Source: Patescibacteria group bacterium
GTDB taxonomy: Bacteria > Patescibacteriota > Patescibacteriia > UBA10025 > JAHIVO01
NCBI GenBank assembly: GCA_043808365.1
Contig: JAZDEZ010000008.1
Coordinates: 919 to 64,918, forward strand
Direction: 5' to 3'
Length of the DNA stretch: 64,000 nt
The notes beneath the pieces were generated by a model that saw nothing but the letters and a program-made list of their open reading frames with translations, ran no database searches and had not been told where the DNA came from. The translations under genes and the position numbers were made by a program. Shown here in pieces: positions 56,297 to 64,000 of this stretch (positions are counted from its first letter, which is position 1; each line of letters starts with the position of its first letter).

Positions 56297-56653
56297 ATGT
56301 TATTCAGATTCAGACAATTTCCTGTTTACAAGGATTCCAGAAAATTCCGAAATGACATATACGCTTTAACGAAAAAATTTCCTAAAGAAGAGCTATTCAG
56401 TTTAACTTCGCAAATCAGACGCGCGACAAACTCCATCTTATTGAACATTGCTGAAGGATCAAACCGACTGTCCGATAATGACTTTGGACGCTTTTTAAAT
56501 ACAGCATTGACTTCACTTGAAGAAGCAGTCGCCTGTATGGATATTGCGCTCGATGAAAAATATATTAGCCTACAAGATCACGAAAAACACCTTGCATTAG
56601 CAGAAAACCTTGGCAAGCAATTACTCGGTTTCAGCAAAAAACTTCGAAAGTAA
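56297..56653 (+). CDS. Four-helix-bundle protein (23S rRNA intervening-sequence protein / Avd family)
   Basis: FPVYKDSRKFRNDIYALTKKFPKEELFSLTSQIRRATNSILLNIAEGSNR is a close match to the TIGR02436 pattern. The ATG at 56297 is preferred over the TTG at 56288. Confidence 0.85.
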   Translation: MLFRFRQFPVYKDSRKFRNDIYALTKKFPKEELFSLTSQIRRATNSILLNIAEGSNRLSDNDFGRFLNTALTSLEEAVACMDIALDEKYISLQDHEKHLALAENLGKQLLGFSKKLRK

Positions 56654-56663
56654 GCTAAATTTA

Positions 56664-56753
56664 TAGGTTCCAAGTTCCTAGACAAAGTTGATTGTTCAAG
56701 GTTCTAAGTTCCTAGTCCCAAGTTCATTGTTCCCAGTTCATAGTCCTGAGTTC
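56664..56753. repeat. 13 NNNGTTC heptamers (right arm of cassette 2, inverted relative to the left arm)
   Basis: TAGGTTC CAAGTTC CTAGAC AAAGTTG ATTGTTC AAGGTTC TAAGTTC CTAGTCC CAAGTTC ATTGTTC CCAGTTC ATAGTCC TGAGTTC. The track ORF 56688-57668 wrongly translates this array as an HtpX N-terminal extension. Confidence 0.8.
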
Positions 56754-56765
56754 AACGTAAATCCC

Positions 56766-57668
56766 ATGCCCACCATCTACACGCATATCAATGCCAACAA
56801 ACGCCGGCCATGGATCCTGATGGGAATATGCGCAATATTCCTATTTGGCATCGGATTTTTTCTCGATCAGGCGTACGGCCATGGATCCTGGGGCTGGACC
56901 ATAGTCGCCCTGATATACGCTGTAATCAGCGCTTTAATCGGCTATTTCAAGGGTGATAAGATTGCCCTGTGGACATCCGGGGCCGTCCCAGTGACCAAGG
57001 AACAAAACGCCTATGTCGTCCGCATGGCCGAGAATCTGGCCATCACCACCGGCTTGCCGGCGCCGAAAGTCTACATCATCCCTGATGAGGACATTAACGC
57101 GTTTGCGACCGGACGCGACCCGCAACACGCCTCCATCGCCGTCACCCAGGGGGCGATTGACAAGCTGGCCAACGAGGAGCTGGAAGGCGTCATGGCGCAT
57201 GAAATTTCGCATATCGGAAATTATGATATCCGCTACATGACTCTGGTGATAGTTTTGGTTGGGACGATTATCGTTTTATCTGACATGTTCTGGCGGGTTC
57301 GCTTCGGACGTTCATTTGGCCGAAGCAGTGGCCGGAGCGGCGGCGGCGCCGCCATCATGGTGCTTGGACTCGTTCTCCTGATACTCGCTCCGTTGTTCGC
57401 TGAATTGATAAAACTGGCCGTCTCCCGCAAACGCGAATACCTGGCGGACGCTTCCGGCGCATTACTCACGCGGTACCCGGAAGGGCTGGCCCGCGCTCTG
57501 GAAAAAATACGCGACCAGGGAGCGCGGATTGAGCGGGCGACGAAATCTACGGCGCACCTGTACATCGCCAACCCAATGGGCTCGGGATTCTCAAAATTTT
57601 TTTCCACCCATCCGCCGATTGACGACCGGATCAGCCGACTGCGCCAGATGGGAAATATAACGCAATAA
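56766..57668 (+). CDS. htpX: Membrane zinc metalloprotease HtpX (M48 family)
   Basis: HEISHIGNYD (HExxH), 4 TM segments, and C-terminal STHPPIDDRI. The start is reset to ATG 56766 (MPTIYTHINANKRR). Confidence 0.9.
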   Translation: MPTIYTHINANKRRPWILMGICAIFLFGIGFFLDQAYGHGSWGWTIVALIYAVISALIGYFKGDKIALWTSGAVPVTKEQNAYVVRMAENLAITTGLPAPKVYIIPDEDINAFATGRDPQHASIAVTQGAIDKLANEELEGVMAHEISHIGNYDIRYMTLVIVLVGTIIVLSDMFWRVRFGRSFGRSSGRSGGGAAIMVLGLVLLILAPLFAELIKLAVSRKREYLADASGALLTRYPEGLARALEKIRDQGARIERATKSTAHLYIANPMGSGFSKFFSTHPPIDDRISRLRQMGNITQ

Positions 57669-57672
57669 GCAT

Positions 57673-57810
57673 ATGGATAATAAAAAAGACATCATTACCG
57701 AGGTACAGACTGGCACCGCCACTTCGACAAAAATTACTCTCGGGATTTCTATTGCCGCGGGAATTATTACCGCCGCCGCCATCATCTTGGCGCTGACGAA
57801 CATCAAATGA
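57673..57810 (+). CDS. Possible 45-aa tail-anchored membrane peptide (below the track cutoff)
   Basis: MDNKKDIITEVQTGTATSTKITLGISIAAGIITAAAIILALTNIK. It starts 5 nt after the htpX stop. No clear SD. Confidence 0.3.
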   Translation: MDNKKDIITEVQTGTATSTKITLGISIAAGIITAAAIILALTNIK

Positions 57811-57997
57811 ACTACCTCGCAGCAAGCTGACGAGGTATCGTCAGCCAAGAGATATGTTCATTCTCCGTAGCTAGCTATCCTCCTTCGCTTGCGCTTCGGA
57901 GGATTCTCCTCATTTGTTTCCCCGCAGTCCAGCCTTCGTAGCCGAAGCTACTTCGGCGGAGCAGGCCAAGCTGCGGAGTATTAATGCGGAGGAGAAT
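57807..57997 (+). repeat. Dispersed GC-rich hairpin repeat, long copy
   Basis: ATGAACTACCTCGCAGCAAGCTGACGAGGTATCGTCAGC...GTTCATTCTCCGTAGCT ... CAGTCCAGCCTTCGTAGC ... GCGGAGGAGAAT. It matches 62132-62245 but carries two extra internal hairpins. Confidence 0.75.
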
Positions 57998-58045
57998 AAC
58001 CGGCGGTAAAAGCCGCAATGAATGTTTCGCGGTGGTCTTTTTATT

Positions 58046-58074
58046 TTGACAAACATAAAAAAATATGCTAAAAT
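58046..58074 (+). promoter_or_regulatory. Near-consensus sigma70 promoter for the 459-aa gene
   Basis: TTGACA (58046-58051), 17-nt spacer, TAAAAT (58069-58074). Confidence 0.55.
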
Positions 58075-58105
58075 AACTAAGTAACATTAAACAAAAAACA
58101 AAGAC

Positions 58106-59485
58106 ATGGACATCAAAAGCCTCCAGGAATGGCTCCGTCAATCACGCCAAGCCGGTCTTTCTGACGTTCAAATCCGGGAGCAATTGCAAAGCTCCGGCTG
58201 GACTGACCAACAAGTGACCGATCTTTTTTCCGGTGACATGTTCAGGCAAGGGCAATTGGAAGCGGTCGGCGCGACAAAAAAAGAAGATTTCGATACGATG
58301 GCCGGGCTGGCCGAAAACCAAATGGGTACGGGCGGTACTTTACCCGGTTTTGGGGATGTTCTCAAGGAAACGTGGGAATTATATAAATCAAGAATCGCTA
58401 ATTTCATCATTATTGCGATCATTGCCGCCATCCTTGGGACGCTTCTGGCAGCAATATTCATGTTTGTTACCGGGGTTGGACTCTTTGGTTTAGCCAGTTC
58501 TTTCGGAATTCTGAACGGCCAAAATACGACAGGAGCCGGGTCCATTGTTGGATGGTTCGCTGGATTTATTCCATTAATTCTGGCTATCAGTTTTGCCTAT
58601 GCCTGGATCCAGGCTGCTCTGATGCTCACCATCACCAATAGAGATATATCCGTTGGGACGACATTGAAACAATCATTCCGGTACATGATGAGATATTGGT
58701 GGCTGACTGTATTGATGGGTTTTTTTGTTGGAGGCGCCACCATGCTATTCATCATACCTGGAATTATTATCAGTATCTGGTTTAGTTTTGGTTTTTTTAT
58801 CTTATTAACGGAAGAATTGCGTGGCACACAAGCGTTACTCAAGAGTAAAGAATATATTCGTGGATATTGGTGGAAAATATTCCTGTACGGCTTAGGAGTA
58901 AGCCTAATGCTTTCGATACCATTAATTGCGTTAAATTTGTTTCTTTCCCGCGAAACGGCCGGCGCAATATCGGTTGTCATCCAGCCACTTCTCAGTCTAC
59001 TCATGACACCCTTCCTGCTGTGTTTTAGCTATAACCTCTACCTTCACATGAAGGGCATTAAGGGAAAAGATATTTCTGTCCCGCAAAAGAAAGCTGGCCT
59101 TATCATAACAGCCATACTGGGCTGGCTAATGATCCCGGTTATCGTATTTGGTATCGGTGGATTGACGCTCGGCGGAGCGAAAAGCAAGGCAATGGATGCC
59201 ACTCGCCAGTCCGACATACAACGAGTTTATGCCGCCGCGCTCTCATATTACGATGACAATAAATCATACCCGAATACCGTCGATGAGTTGGCGCCAAAAT
59301 ATCTAGCTTCCATCCCCACTGATCCCAAAACGCGCGAGCCGTACGCGTATGCGCTTACCAGCGATCGGAAAAATTTTTCTCTTTGCGCGCGATTGAATAA
59401 TAAAGACTTAACCGGTACGAAGGAATACTGCCAGTGGTCTCAAATAGCGCCCTCCAATTATCCATACAACTCCAATACCCAATAA
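58106..59485 (+). CDS. Polytopic membrane protein fused to a C-terminal pilin-like globular domain
   Basis: 459 aa. About 8 TM helices, then ...GGAKSKAMDATRQSDIQRVYAAALSYYDDNKSYP...PTDP, which aligns with the helix/head region of the pilins at 23274 and 18762. Confidence 0.75.
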   Translation: MDIKSLQEWLRQSRQAGLSDVQIREQLQSSGWTDQQVTDLFSGDMFRQGQLEAVGATKKEDFDTMAGLAENQMGTGGTLPGFGDVLKETWELYKSRIANFIIIAIIAAILGTLLAAIFMFVTGVGLFGLASSFGILNGQNTTGAGSIVGWFAGFIPLILAISFAYAWIQAALMLTITNRDISVGTTLKQSFRYMMRYWWLTVLMGFFVGGATMLFIIPGIIISIWFSFGFFILLTEELRGTQALLKSKEYIRGYWWKIFLYGLGVSLMLSIPLIALNLFLSRETAGAISVVIQPLLSLLMTPFLLCFSYNLYLHMKGIKGKDISVPQKKAGLIITAILGWLMIPVIVFGIGGLTLGGAKSKAMDATRQSDIQRVYAAALSYYDDNKSYPNTVDELAPKYLASIPTDPKTREPYAYALTSDRKNFSLCARLNNKDLTGTKEYCQWSQIAPSNYPYNSNTQ

Positions 59486-59551
59486 TACTAATATACAGAT
59501 GTTTTTTCCAGGTCCCGTCTTGTACGGGGCTTTTCGTTCCTAAACGCTTGA

Positions 59552-59580
59552 TTGACAACCGGAGGCATTCTCAATATACT
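59552..59580 (+). promoter_or_regulatory. Sigma70-like promoter for clpC
   Basis: TTGACA (59552-59557), 17-nt spacer, TATACT (59575-59580). Preceded by the hairpin CCCGT-cttgt-ACGGG plus a T-run (terminator of the 459-aa gene). Confidence 0.5.
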
Positions 59581-59623
59581 AAACTGTACTAAAAAATCAT
59601 TTGTACGCGTATACTATATATAT

Positions 59624-62119
59624 ATGGATAACGCAATAATCGATAAATTCACCACCCACCCGAAAAACTCCCTGAAAAAGGCTCGCGAGCTTTCAGCCTC
59701 GCTCAGCCATGCGCAGATCAATCCGGAGCACCTGATATACGGGCTGGTCATGCAAAAAGGCAGTATTGCCGCGGAATTGCTGTCAAAAATGGGCCTCACG
59801 GCCGAACGGGTCCGCAGCCATATCCTCCAGTCAAATAAGAGCGCTCGAGAAACAGAAAAAAATCAGGATACCATTACCCTGGCCGACACCGCAAAAAAAG
59901 TAATTGAAAAAGCGGCGCTGATCGCCCACCAAAACGGCCACAAATATGTCGGCACGGAACATCTCCTGATCAGCCTAGTCCGCATCAACACGCCAGTCAT
60001 GGTAAATTTATGGGAGCATAACCGCGTCAATCTGGCTAAGCTCGAATCCAGCCTGGAGACGGTGATGCGCAGTACGTCAAAATTTCCCGACCTGGCGCAA
60101 ATCTTCGAGCAGGCGAAAGAATCCGACAAGGAAGAAAAGACTAAGGACGACTCAAAGACGCCGGCCTTGGATTTCTTCACGACCGACCTGACCAATGCAA
60201 AATTGCAGAAAAGCATCGACCCGGTGGTCGGTCGGGCAAACGAGATCGAGCGCCTCATCCATATCCTTTCACGCCGGACAAAAAACAACCCGGTACTGAT
60301 CGGAGAGCCCGGCGTGGGCAAAACTGCCATTGTGGAGGGTTTGGCAAAAAAAATAATGTCCGGCGACGTGCCCGACGTTTTGCTGAACAAAAAAATCCTC
60401 CGGCTTGACCTGTCCCTGGTTGTGGCCGGCACGATCTACCGCGGCGAATTCGAGGGCCGGTTCAAGCAGATCATCGACGAAATCAAGAAAGACCCGAACA
60501 TCATCATGTTCATCGACGAACTGCACACCATCATCGGCACCGGATCGGCAGCCGGCTCCATGGATGCCGCGAATATCCTAAAACCGGCTTTAGCAAAAGG
60601 AGATATCCGGACCATCGGCGCCACGACGCTTGATGAATACCGAAAATACATAGAATCCGACGCCGCGCTCGAGCGCCGTTTCCAGCCGATCATCATCGAA
60701 GAAGCAACTCCGGAAGAAACCGCCGAAGTGCTCCGCGGCATCAAAGACAACTATGAAAAATACCATCTCGTCCAAATCACCGACGACGCCATCCAGGCCG
60801 CCGTCAGACTGAGCACCAGGTATTTGCAGGACAAATACCTGCCGGACAAGGCCATCGACCTGATTGACGAGGCCGCATCAAAGATAAAAATCTCCAGCCA
60901 CAGCGACGGCCTGCTGAAGGAAATTTTCCAGACGGAAAAGGAGATAGGAAAACTGAGAAGCGTAAAAAACGAGCTGGTTAACAAGGAAAATTTTGAAAAA
61001 GCCCTGAAGATAAAAATGCAGGAATCGGCGCTCCAGGACCGGCTGGCCGGACTGCGCCAGGCACAAACCCAGGCTGCCAAAAAATTCATCGGTAAAATTA
61101 CCCAGCATGACGTAGCCGAAGTCGTGGCCCGCATCACAAAAATCCCGCTGAAAGAATTAGTAGTCGAAGAAAAAGAACGGCTCCTGCGCCTGGAAGCAAT
61201 CATGGGTGGGCAGATTATCGGCCAGTCGGCCACGCTGACCACCATCGCGGATTTCATCAGGCGGTCCCGCGTCGGGCTCTCTGATCCCCGCCGGCCGATC
61301 GCCTCGTTCGTTTTCCTGGGCCCCTCCGGCGTCGGCAAGACTGAAACGGCCAAAGTATTGGCAAAAACCGTGTTCGAGGATGAACACGCGCTCATCAGGA
61401 TCGATATGTCGGAGTTTGCCGAAAGCTTCAATGTTTCCAAGCTCATCGGCGCCCCGGCCGGTTACGTCGGGTATAAGGAAGGTTCAAAACTGACCGAGCC
61501 GGTCCGCAGGAAGCCGTACTCCGTCGTCCTGTTCGATGAAATTGAAAAAGCCCATCCGGAAGTGTTCAACCTCCTCCTGCAAATCCTGGACGAAGGCCAC
61601 CTGACTGACGCATCGGGCCGCCGCGTTAATTTTAAAAATACCATTGTCATCATGACCTCTAATGTCGGCCTGTCGTCACTGAACCAAGGCGCGACCATCG
61701 GCTTCGAAGCCCAGACAAAAGAAGACCAGGCCGCCGCCGACCAGCGTTACAAGGAGATTAAGTCGGGCGTGATGAAAGAATTGGAAAAAAAATTCCGGCC
61801 CGAGCTTTTAAACCGCATAGATAAAATAATCGTATTCCGGCCATTGAATCGGGGCGATATCATAAAAATCGTTGATTTGGCCATTCTGGAGCTTGGACGC
61901 AAGCTGCAGGAACAAAACATCAAACTCTCCATGGACAAGGCGGTATCCGCCCTGATCGCTGACCGGAGCTACCAGCCTGACCAAGGCGCCCGAGCCGTAC
62001 GCCGGAATGTTCAGGAACTCATAGAAAACAAAATTGCCGCCGATCTCCTGTCTGGTAAATATTCATCTGGAGATACGATTAAAATCAAAATAAAAAATAA
62101 TGAATTTGCCTTTTCGTAA
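59624..62119 (+). CDS. clpC: ATP-dependent Clp protease ATP-binding subunit ClpC (class I AAA+)
   Basis: Clp_N repeats, Walker A GEPGVGKT and GPSGVGKT, and a short UVR-like middle domain ([12 protein letters not shown]). The start is reset to ATG 59624 (MDNAIIDKF). Confidence 0.9.
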   Translation: MDNAIIDKFTTHPKNSLKKARELSASLSHAQINPEHLIYGLVMQKGSIAAELLSKMGLTAERVRSHILQSNKSARETEKNQDTITLADTAKKVIEKAALIAHQNGHKYVGTEHLLISLVRINTPVMVNLWEHNRVNLAKLESSLETVMRSTSKFPDLAQIFEQAKESDKEEKTKDDSKTPALDFFTTDLTNAKLQKSIDPVVGRANEIERLIHILSRRTKNNPVLIGEPGVGKTAIVEGLAKKIMSGDVPDVLLNKKILRLDLSLVVAGTIYRGEFEGRFKQIIDEIKKDPNIIMFIDELHTIIGTGSAAGSMDAANILKPALAKGDIRTIGATTLDEYRKYIESDAALERRFQPIIIEEATPEETAEVLRGIKDNYEKYHLVQITDDAIQAAVRLSTRYLQDKYLPDKAIDLIDEAASKIKISSHSDGLLKEIFQTEKEIGKLRSVKNELVNKENFEKALKIKMQESALQDRLAGLRQAQTQAAKKFIGKITQHDVAEVVARITKIPLKELVVEEKERLLRLEAIMGGQIIGQSATLTTIADFIRRSRVGLSDPRRPIASFVFLGPSGVGKTETAKVLAKTVFEDEHALIRIDMSEFAESFNVSKLIGAPAGYVGYKEGSKLTEPVRRKPYSVVLFDEIEKAHPEVFNLLLQILDEGHLTDASGRRVNFKNTIVIMTSNVGLSSLNQGATIGFEAQTKEDQAAADQRYKEIKSGVMKELEKKFRPELLNRIDKIIVFRPLNRGDIIKIVDLAILELGRKLQEQNIKLSMDKAVSALIADRSYQPDQGARAVRRNVQELIENKIAADLLSGKYSSGDTIKIKIKNNEFAFS

Positions 62120-62131
62120 CAAACTGCTACA

Positions 62132-62245
62132 ATGAACTACCTCGCAGTAAGCTGACGAGGTATCGTCAGCAAAGAAATGCGTTCATTCTCCGTAGCTTCT
62201 CTTTAATTCATTTCTCTCAGTCCAGACTTCGTAGCGGAGGAGAAT
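62132..62245 (+). repeat. Dispersed GC-rich hairpin repeat, short copy
   Basis: ATGAACTACCTCGCAGTAAGCTGACGAGGTATCGTCAGCAAAGAAATGCGTTCATTCTCCGTAGCT...CAGTCCAGACTTCGTAGCGGAGGAGAAT, starting 13 nt after the clpC stop. Confidence 0.75.
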
Positions 62246-62286
62246 CAATCATTATATATCAAACCTTCCCATAAACGGAAGGTTTT

Positions 62287-63009
62287 ATGGTTTCACTACA
62301 TGCAATCAAACAGTTCATCCTGGATATCCTGTTCCCGATACACTGCCTCGGATGCGATCAGGAGGGCGAATGGATTTGTGATCGCTGTATGAAGCGCATA
62401 CGCCTGAATGCCCGGCAAGCCTGCCCGGTATGCAGACAGCCTGGCATGGGCGATGTCTGTCCAGGCTGCCGGTCAAAAACCGCTTTGGACGGATTGCTGG
62501 CGGTGTGCGATTACGATCAGCCTCTTGTCCAGGCCTGCATCCATACGCTTAAGTACCTGGCCATACCTTCATTGGCACCACCAATTGTAGTACTCATGTG
62601 GCGGTGCCTTACCCAGTTAAGTCCGCTGCCTAAACCAAGCATTCTTTCAAATAAAAACACTGCCCTAACACCAGTTCCTTTGCACGCGCGCAGGCTAAAA
62701 AATCGCGGATTCAACCAATCAGAGCTTATCGCGAAAGAAATCGGCAGGCTGGCCGGCCTACCTTCAGTTGAATTGCTTGTTCGAACATGCTACACGGAAA
62801 GCCAGATGTCATTAACACGCGCCGAACGCCTAAAGAACGTCCTCGGGGCGTTTTCAATAAAAAGCGATTTTGAAAAAATGCCGGAAAATGTTATAATTAT
62901 CGACGATGTCGCCACCACGCTCGCCACTTTACATGAATGCGCCAGTGTACTAAAATCACACGGCGCCAAAACAGTCTGGGGCTTGGTGGTAGCCAGGGGC
63001 TCATCATAA
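62287..63009 (+). CDS. comF: ComF family protein (double zinc ribbon plus phosphoribosyltransferase domain)
   Basis: CLGC...CDRC and CPVC...CPGC ribbons, plus the PRTase loop IIIDDVATTLATL. Confidence 0.85.
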   Translation: MVSLHAIKQFILDILFPIHCLGCDQEGEWICDRCMKRIRLNARQACPVCRQPGMGDVCPGCRSKTALDGLLAVCDYDQPLVQACIHTLKYLAIPSLAPPIVVLMWRCLTQLSPLPKPSILSNKNTALTPVPLHARRLKNRGFNQSELIAKEIGRLAGLPSVELLVRTCYTESQMSLTRAERLKNVLGAFSIKSDFEKMPENVIIIDDVATTLATLHECASVLKSHGAKTVWGLVVARGSS

Positions 63010-63018
63010 CAAAATTTG

Positions 63019-63041
63019 TGGAGAGGTGGCCGAGTTGGCTG
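63019..63041 (+). pseudogene. Orphan 5' fragment of tRNA-Ser(GCU) (first 22 nt plus 1 leader nt)
   Basis: TGGAGAGGTGGCCGAGTTGGCTG is identical to 63114-63136. It is followed by the twin hairpins CCCGCC-AGA-GGCGGG and TCCGCC-TTT-GGCGGA instead of the rest of the tRNA. Confidence 0.7.
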
Positions 63042-63114
63042 CCCGCCAGAGGCGGGTCCGCCTTTGGCGGAAAGGCTACTTAAAAAGAATAAATTAATTT
63101 GTAAAAATAATTTT

Positions 63115-63206
63115 GGAGAGGTGGCCGAGTTGGCTGAAGGCGGCAGGTTGCTAACCTGTTATACGGGTTTAAATCCGTATCGCGAGTTCGAATCTCGCCC
63201 TCTCCG
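63115..63206 (+). tRNA. tRNA-Ser (anticodon GCU)
   Basis: GGAGAGG TG GCC-GAGTTGGCTGAA-GGC G GCAGG-TTGCTAA-CCTGT, long variable arm, GCGAG-TTCGAAT-CTCGC CCTCTCC G. CCA is not encoded. Confidence 0.9.
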
Positions 63207-63227
63207 AATTGAAATACTAACACATAT

Positions 63228-63465
63228 GGAGAGATGCCGGAGTGGTCGATCGGGGCGGTCTTGTCCCGCGAATAGCGGTGGGATGTCGGAGTGGTTTAAC
63301 GAGCTGGTCTTGAAAACCAGAGTCCCTGTAAGGGGACCGCAGGTTCGAATCCTGCTCCCACCGCCATTCGCGCGATCCCGCCTACATTTTATAAAATAAA
63401 GGGGGCAGGAAAAACCGGTAAGGGTGATAAGCCCTTCGGGGGTTCGAATCCCTCTCTCTCCGCCA
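63228..63465 (+). tRNA. Class II tRNA (Ser-like) split in the anticodon loop by a 147-nt insert (intron-containing gene or disrupted pseudogene)
   Basis: 5' half 63228-63263: GGAGAGA TG CCG-GAGTGGTCGAT-CGG G GCGGT CTTG. 3' half 63411-63465: AAA ACCGG T-AAGGGTGATAAGCCCTT-C GGGGG-TTCGAAT-CCCTC TCTCTCC G CCA. Acceptor, anticodon-stem and T-arm pairings all close across the insert. Confidence 0.6.
63277..63366 (+). tRNA. tRNA-Ser (anticodon UGA), nested inside the split tRNA
   Basis: GGTGGGA TG TCG-GAGTGGTTTAA-CGA G CTGGT-CTTGAAA-ACCAG, variable arm AGTCCCTGTAAGGGGACC, GCAGG-TTCGAAT-CCTGC TCCCACC G CCA. Every stem is Watson-Crick. Confidence 0.9.
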
Positions 63466-63513
63466 AGAAAACTTAGTATCGGATGCAACCCGAATAACTA
63501 AAAATGATTGATT

Positions 63514-64000
63514 ATGCAAAATAACATTAAACATATCTGGTTTGATCTTGATGGAACTTTAACAATCCATACGCCAGAGTTTCACAAAGCACACAATAGT
63601 TTACGTTACAAAACATATGCCGAAGTTGTAAAAAAACCGGTTACAGAAGAGCTACAACAAGAATACGAAACCCTATACAAGAAATATGGCAGTAACTCAG
63701 CAGTTTTTCGTTCCCTTGGGTTACCGTCGGGCTATTGGCAACAATATTTTAACAAATTAGATGAAACTAAATTTTATAAACCCGAGCCGCAAGTCTATAA
63801 AACCCTCCAGAAACTAAAAGGGTTGGTCCCTATTTCTATCTTCACTAACGTTACGCCAGAAAAAAACTCACGAACGCTAGGGGCCATTGGCGTCAACCCA
63901 CATTGGTTTACTCATATTCTTACCGGGGATGACATTAAAGAGCGTAAGCCTGCGTTAGACGGTTTCCGTACGATGATAAATAAGTCTCAAATTCCACCAG
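63514..64000 (+). CDS. HAD-superfamily hydrolase, N-terminal part (runs off the window end)
   Basis: Absent from the track (no stop in-window). MQNNIKHIWFDLDGTLTIHT... carries the DxDGT motif I, and ...SIFTN... motif II. Confidence 0.7.
   Translation, partial: MQNNIKHIWFDLDGTLTIHTPEFHKAHNSLRYKTYAEVVKKPVTEELQQEYETLYKKYGSNSAVFRSLGLPSGYWQQYFNKLDETKFYKPEPQVYKTLQKLKGLVPISIFTNVTPEKNSRTLGAIGVNPHWFTHILTGDDIKERKPALDGFRTMINKSQIPP

Noticed and set aside
59581-59623. CtsR or CIRCE heat-shock operator upstream of clpC
   Set aside because: Only short TGTAC direct repeats are present. There is no GGTCAAA-N3-GGTCAAA and no TTAGCACTC-N9-GAGTGCTAA match.
63264-63410. Group I self-splicing intron in the split tRNA
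   Set aside because: The position (the U34/A35 reading) and the U...G boundaries fit. However, 147 nt is too short for a group I core, and most of the insert folds as a canonical tRNA cloverleaf. It is kept only as an alternative reading in the finding.
63016-63488. ORFs 63016-63399 (+) and 63159-63488 (-)
   Set aside because: They are read through three tRNA genes and their spacers, so they are not coding.

Overview
The window looks like a small-genome, monoderm bacterium of the CPR/Patescibacteria type using the standard code; TGA serves as a stop (pilD, with an ATGA overlap onto the next gene). This taxonomic call is an inference from gene content. Housekeeping genes sit at both ends: rlmN, mazG-like, GNAT, ndk, gatCA and ligA on one side, and lemA, htpX, clpC, comF, HAD and tRNAs on the other. 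The centre (14.0-55.0 kb, all minus strand) holds a secretin-less type IV pilus locus. It encodes pilM, an aberrant pilN, pilO, pilB, pilC, pilD, about 7 pilin-like genes, and a Wzy/O-antigen-ligase-TPR protein plus a GT2. This locus is fused head-to-tail to about 22 kb of surface-protein genes: one protein of about 3819 aa and three paralogs of 743, 1677 and 847 aa. Mobile DNA includes an ISNCY-like IS, a derived MITE, and a RAYT gene with REP-like palindromes. The most unusual signals are non-coding. (1) Two four-helix-bundle (Avd / 23S-IVS-protein family) genes are each bracketed by inverted arrays of short degenerate repeats and sit inside operons. (2) Long arrays with a strict 7-nt period (TTACNNN, GTTCNNN, TTGANNN) fill the intercistronic spacers of the pilus and surface-protein operon. 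(3) In the tRNA cluster, a tRNA-Ser-like gene is split in its anticodon loop by a 147-nt insert that contains a complete tRNA-Ser(UGA). Truncated tRNA 5' fragments next to GC-rich twin-hairpin modules also occur there. I saw no rRNA, no CRISPR array and no reverse transcriptase.
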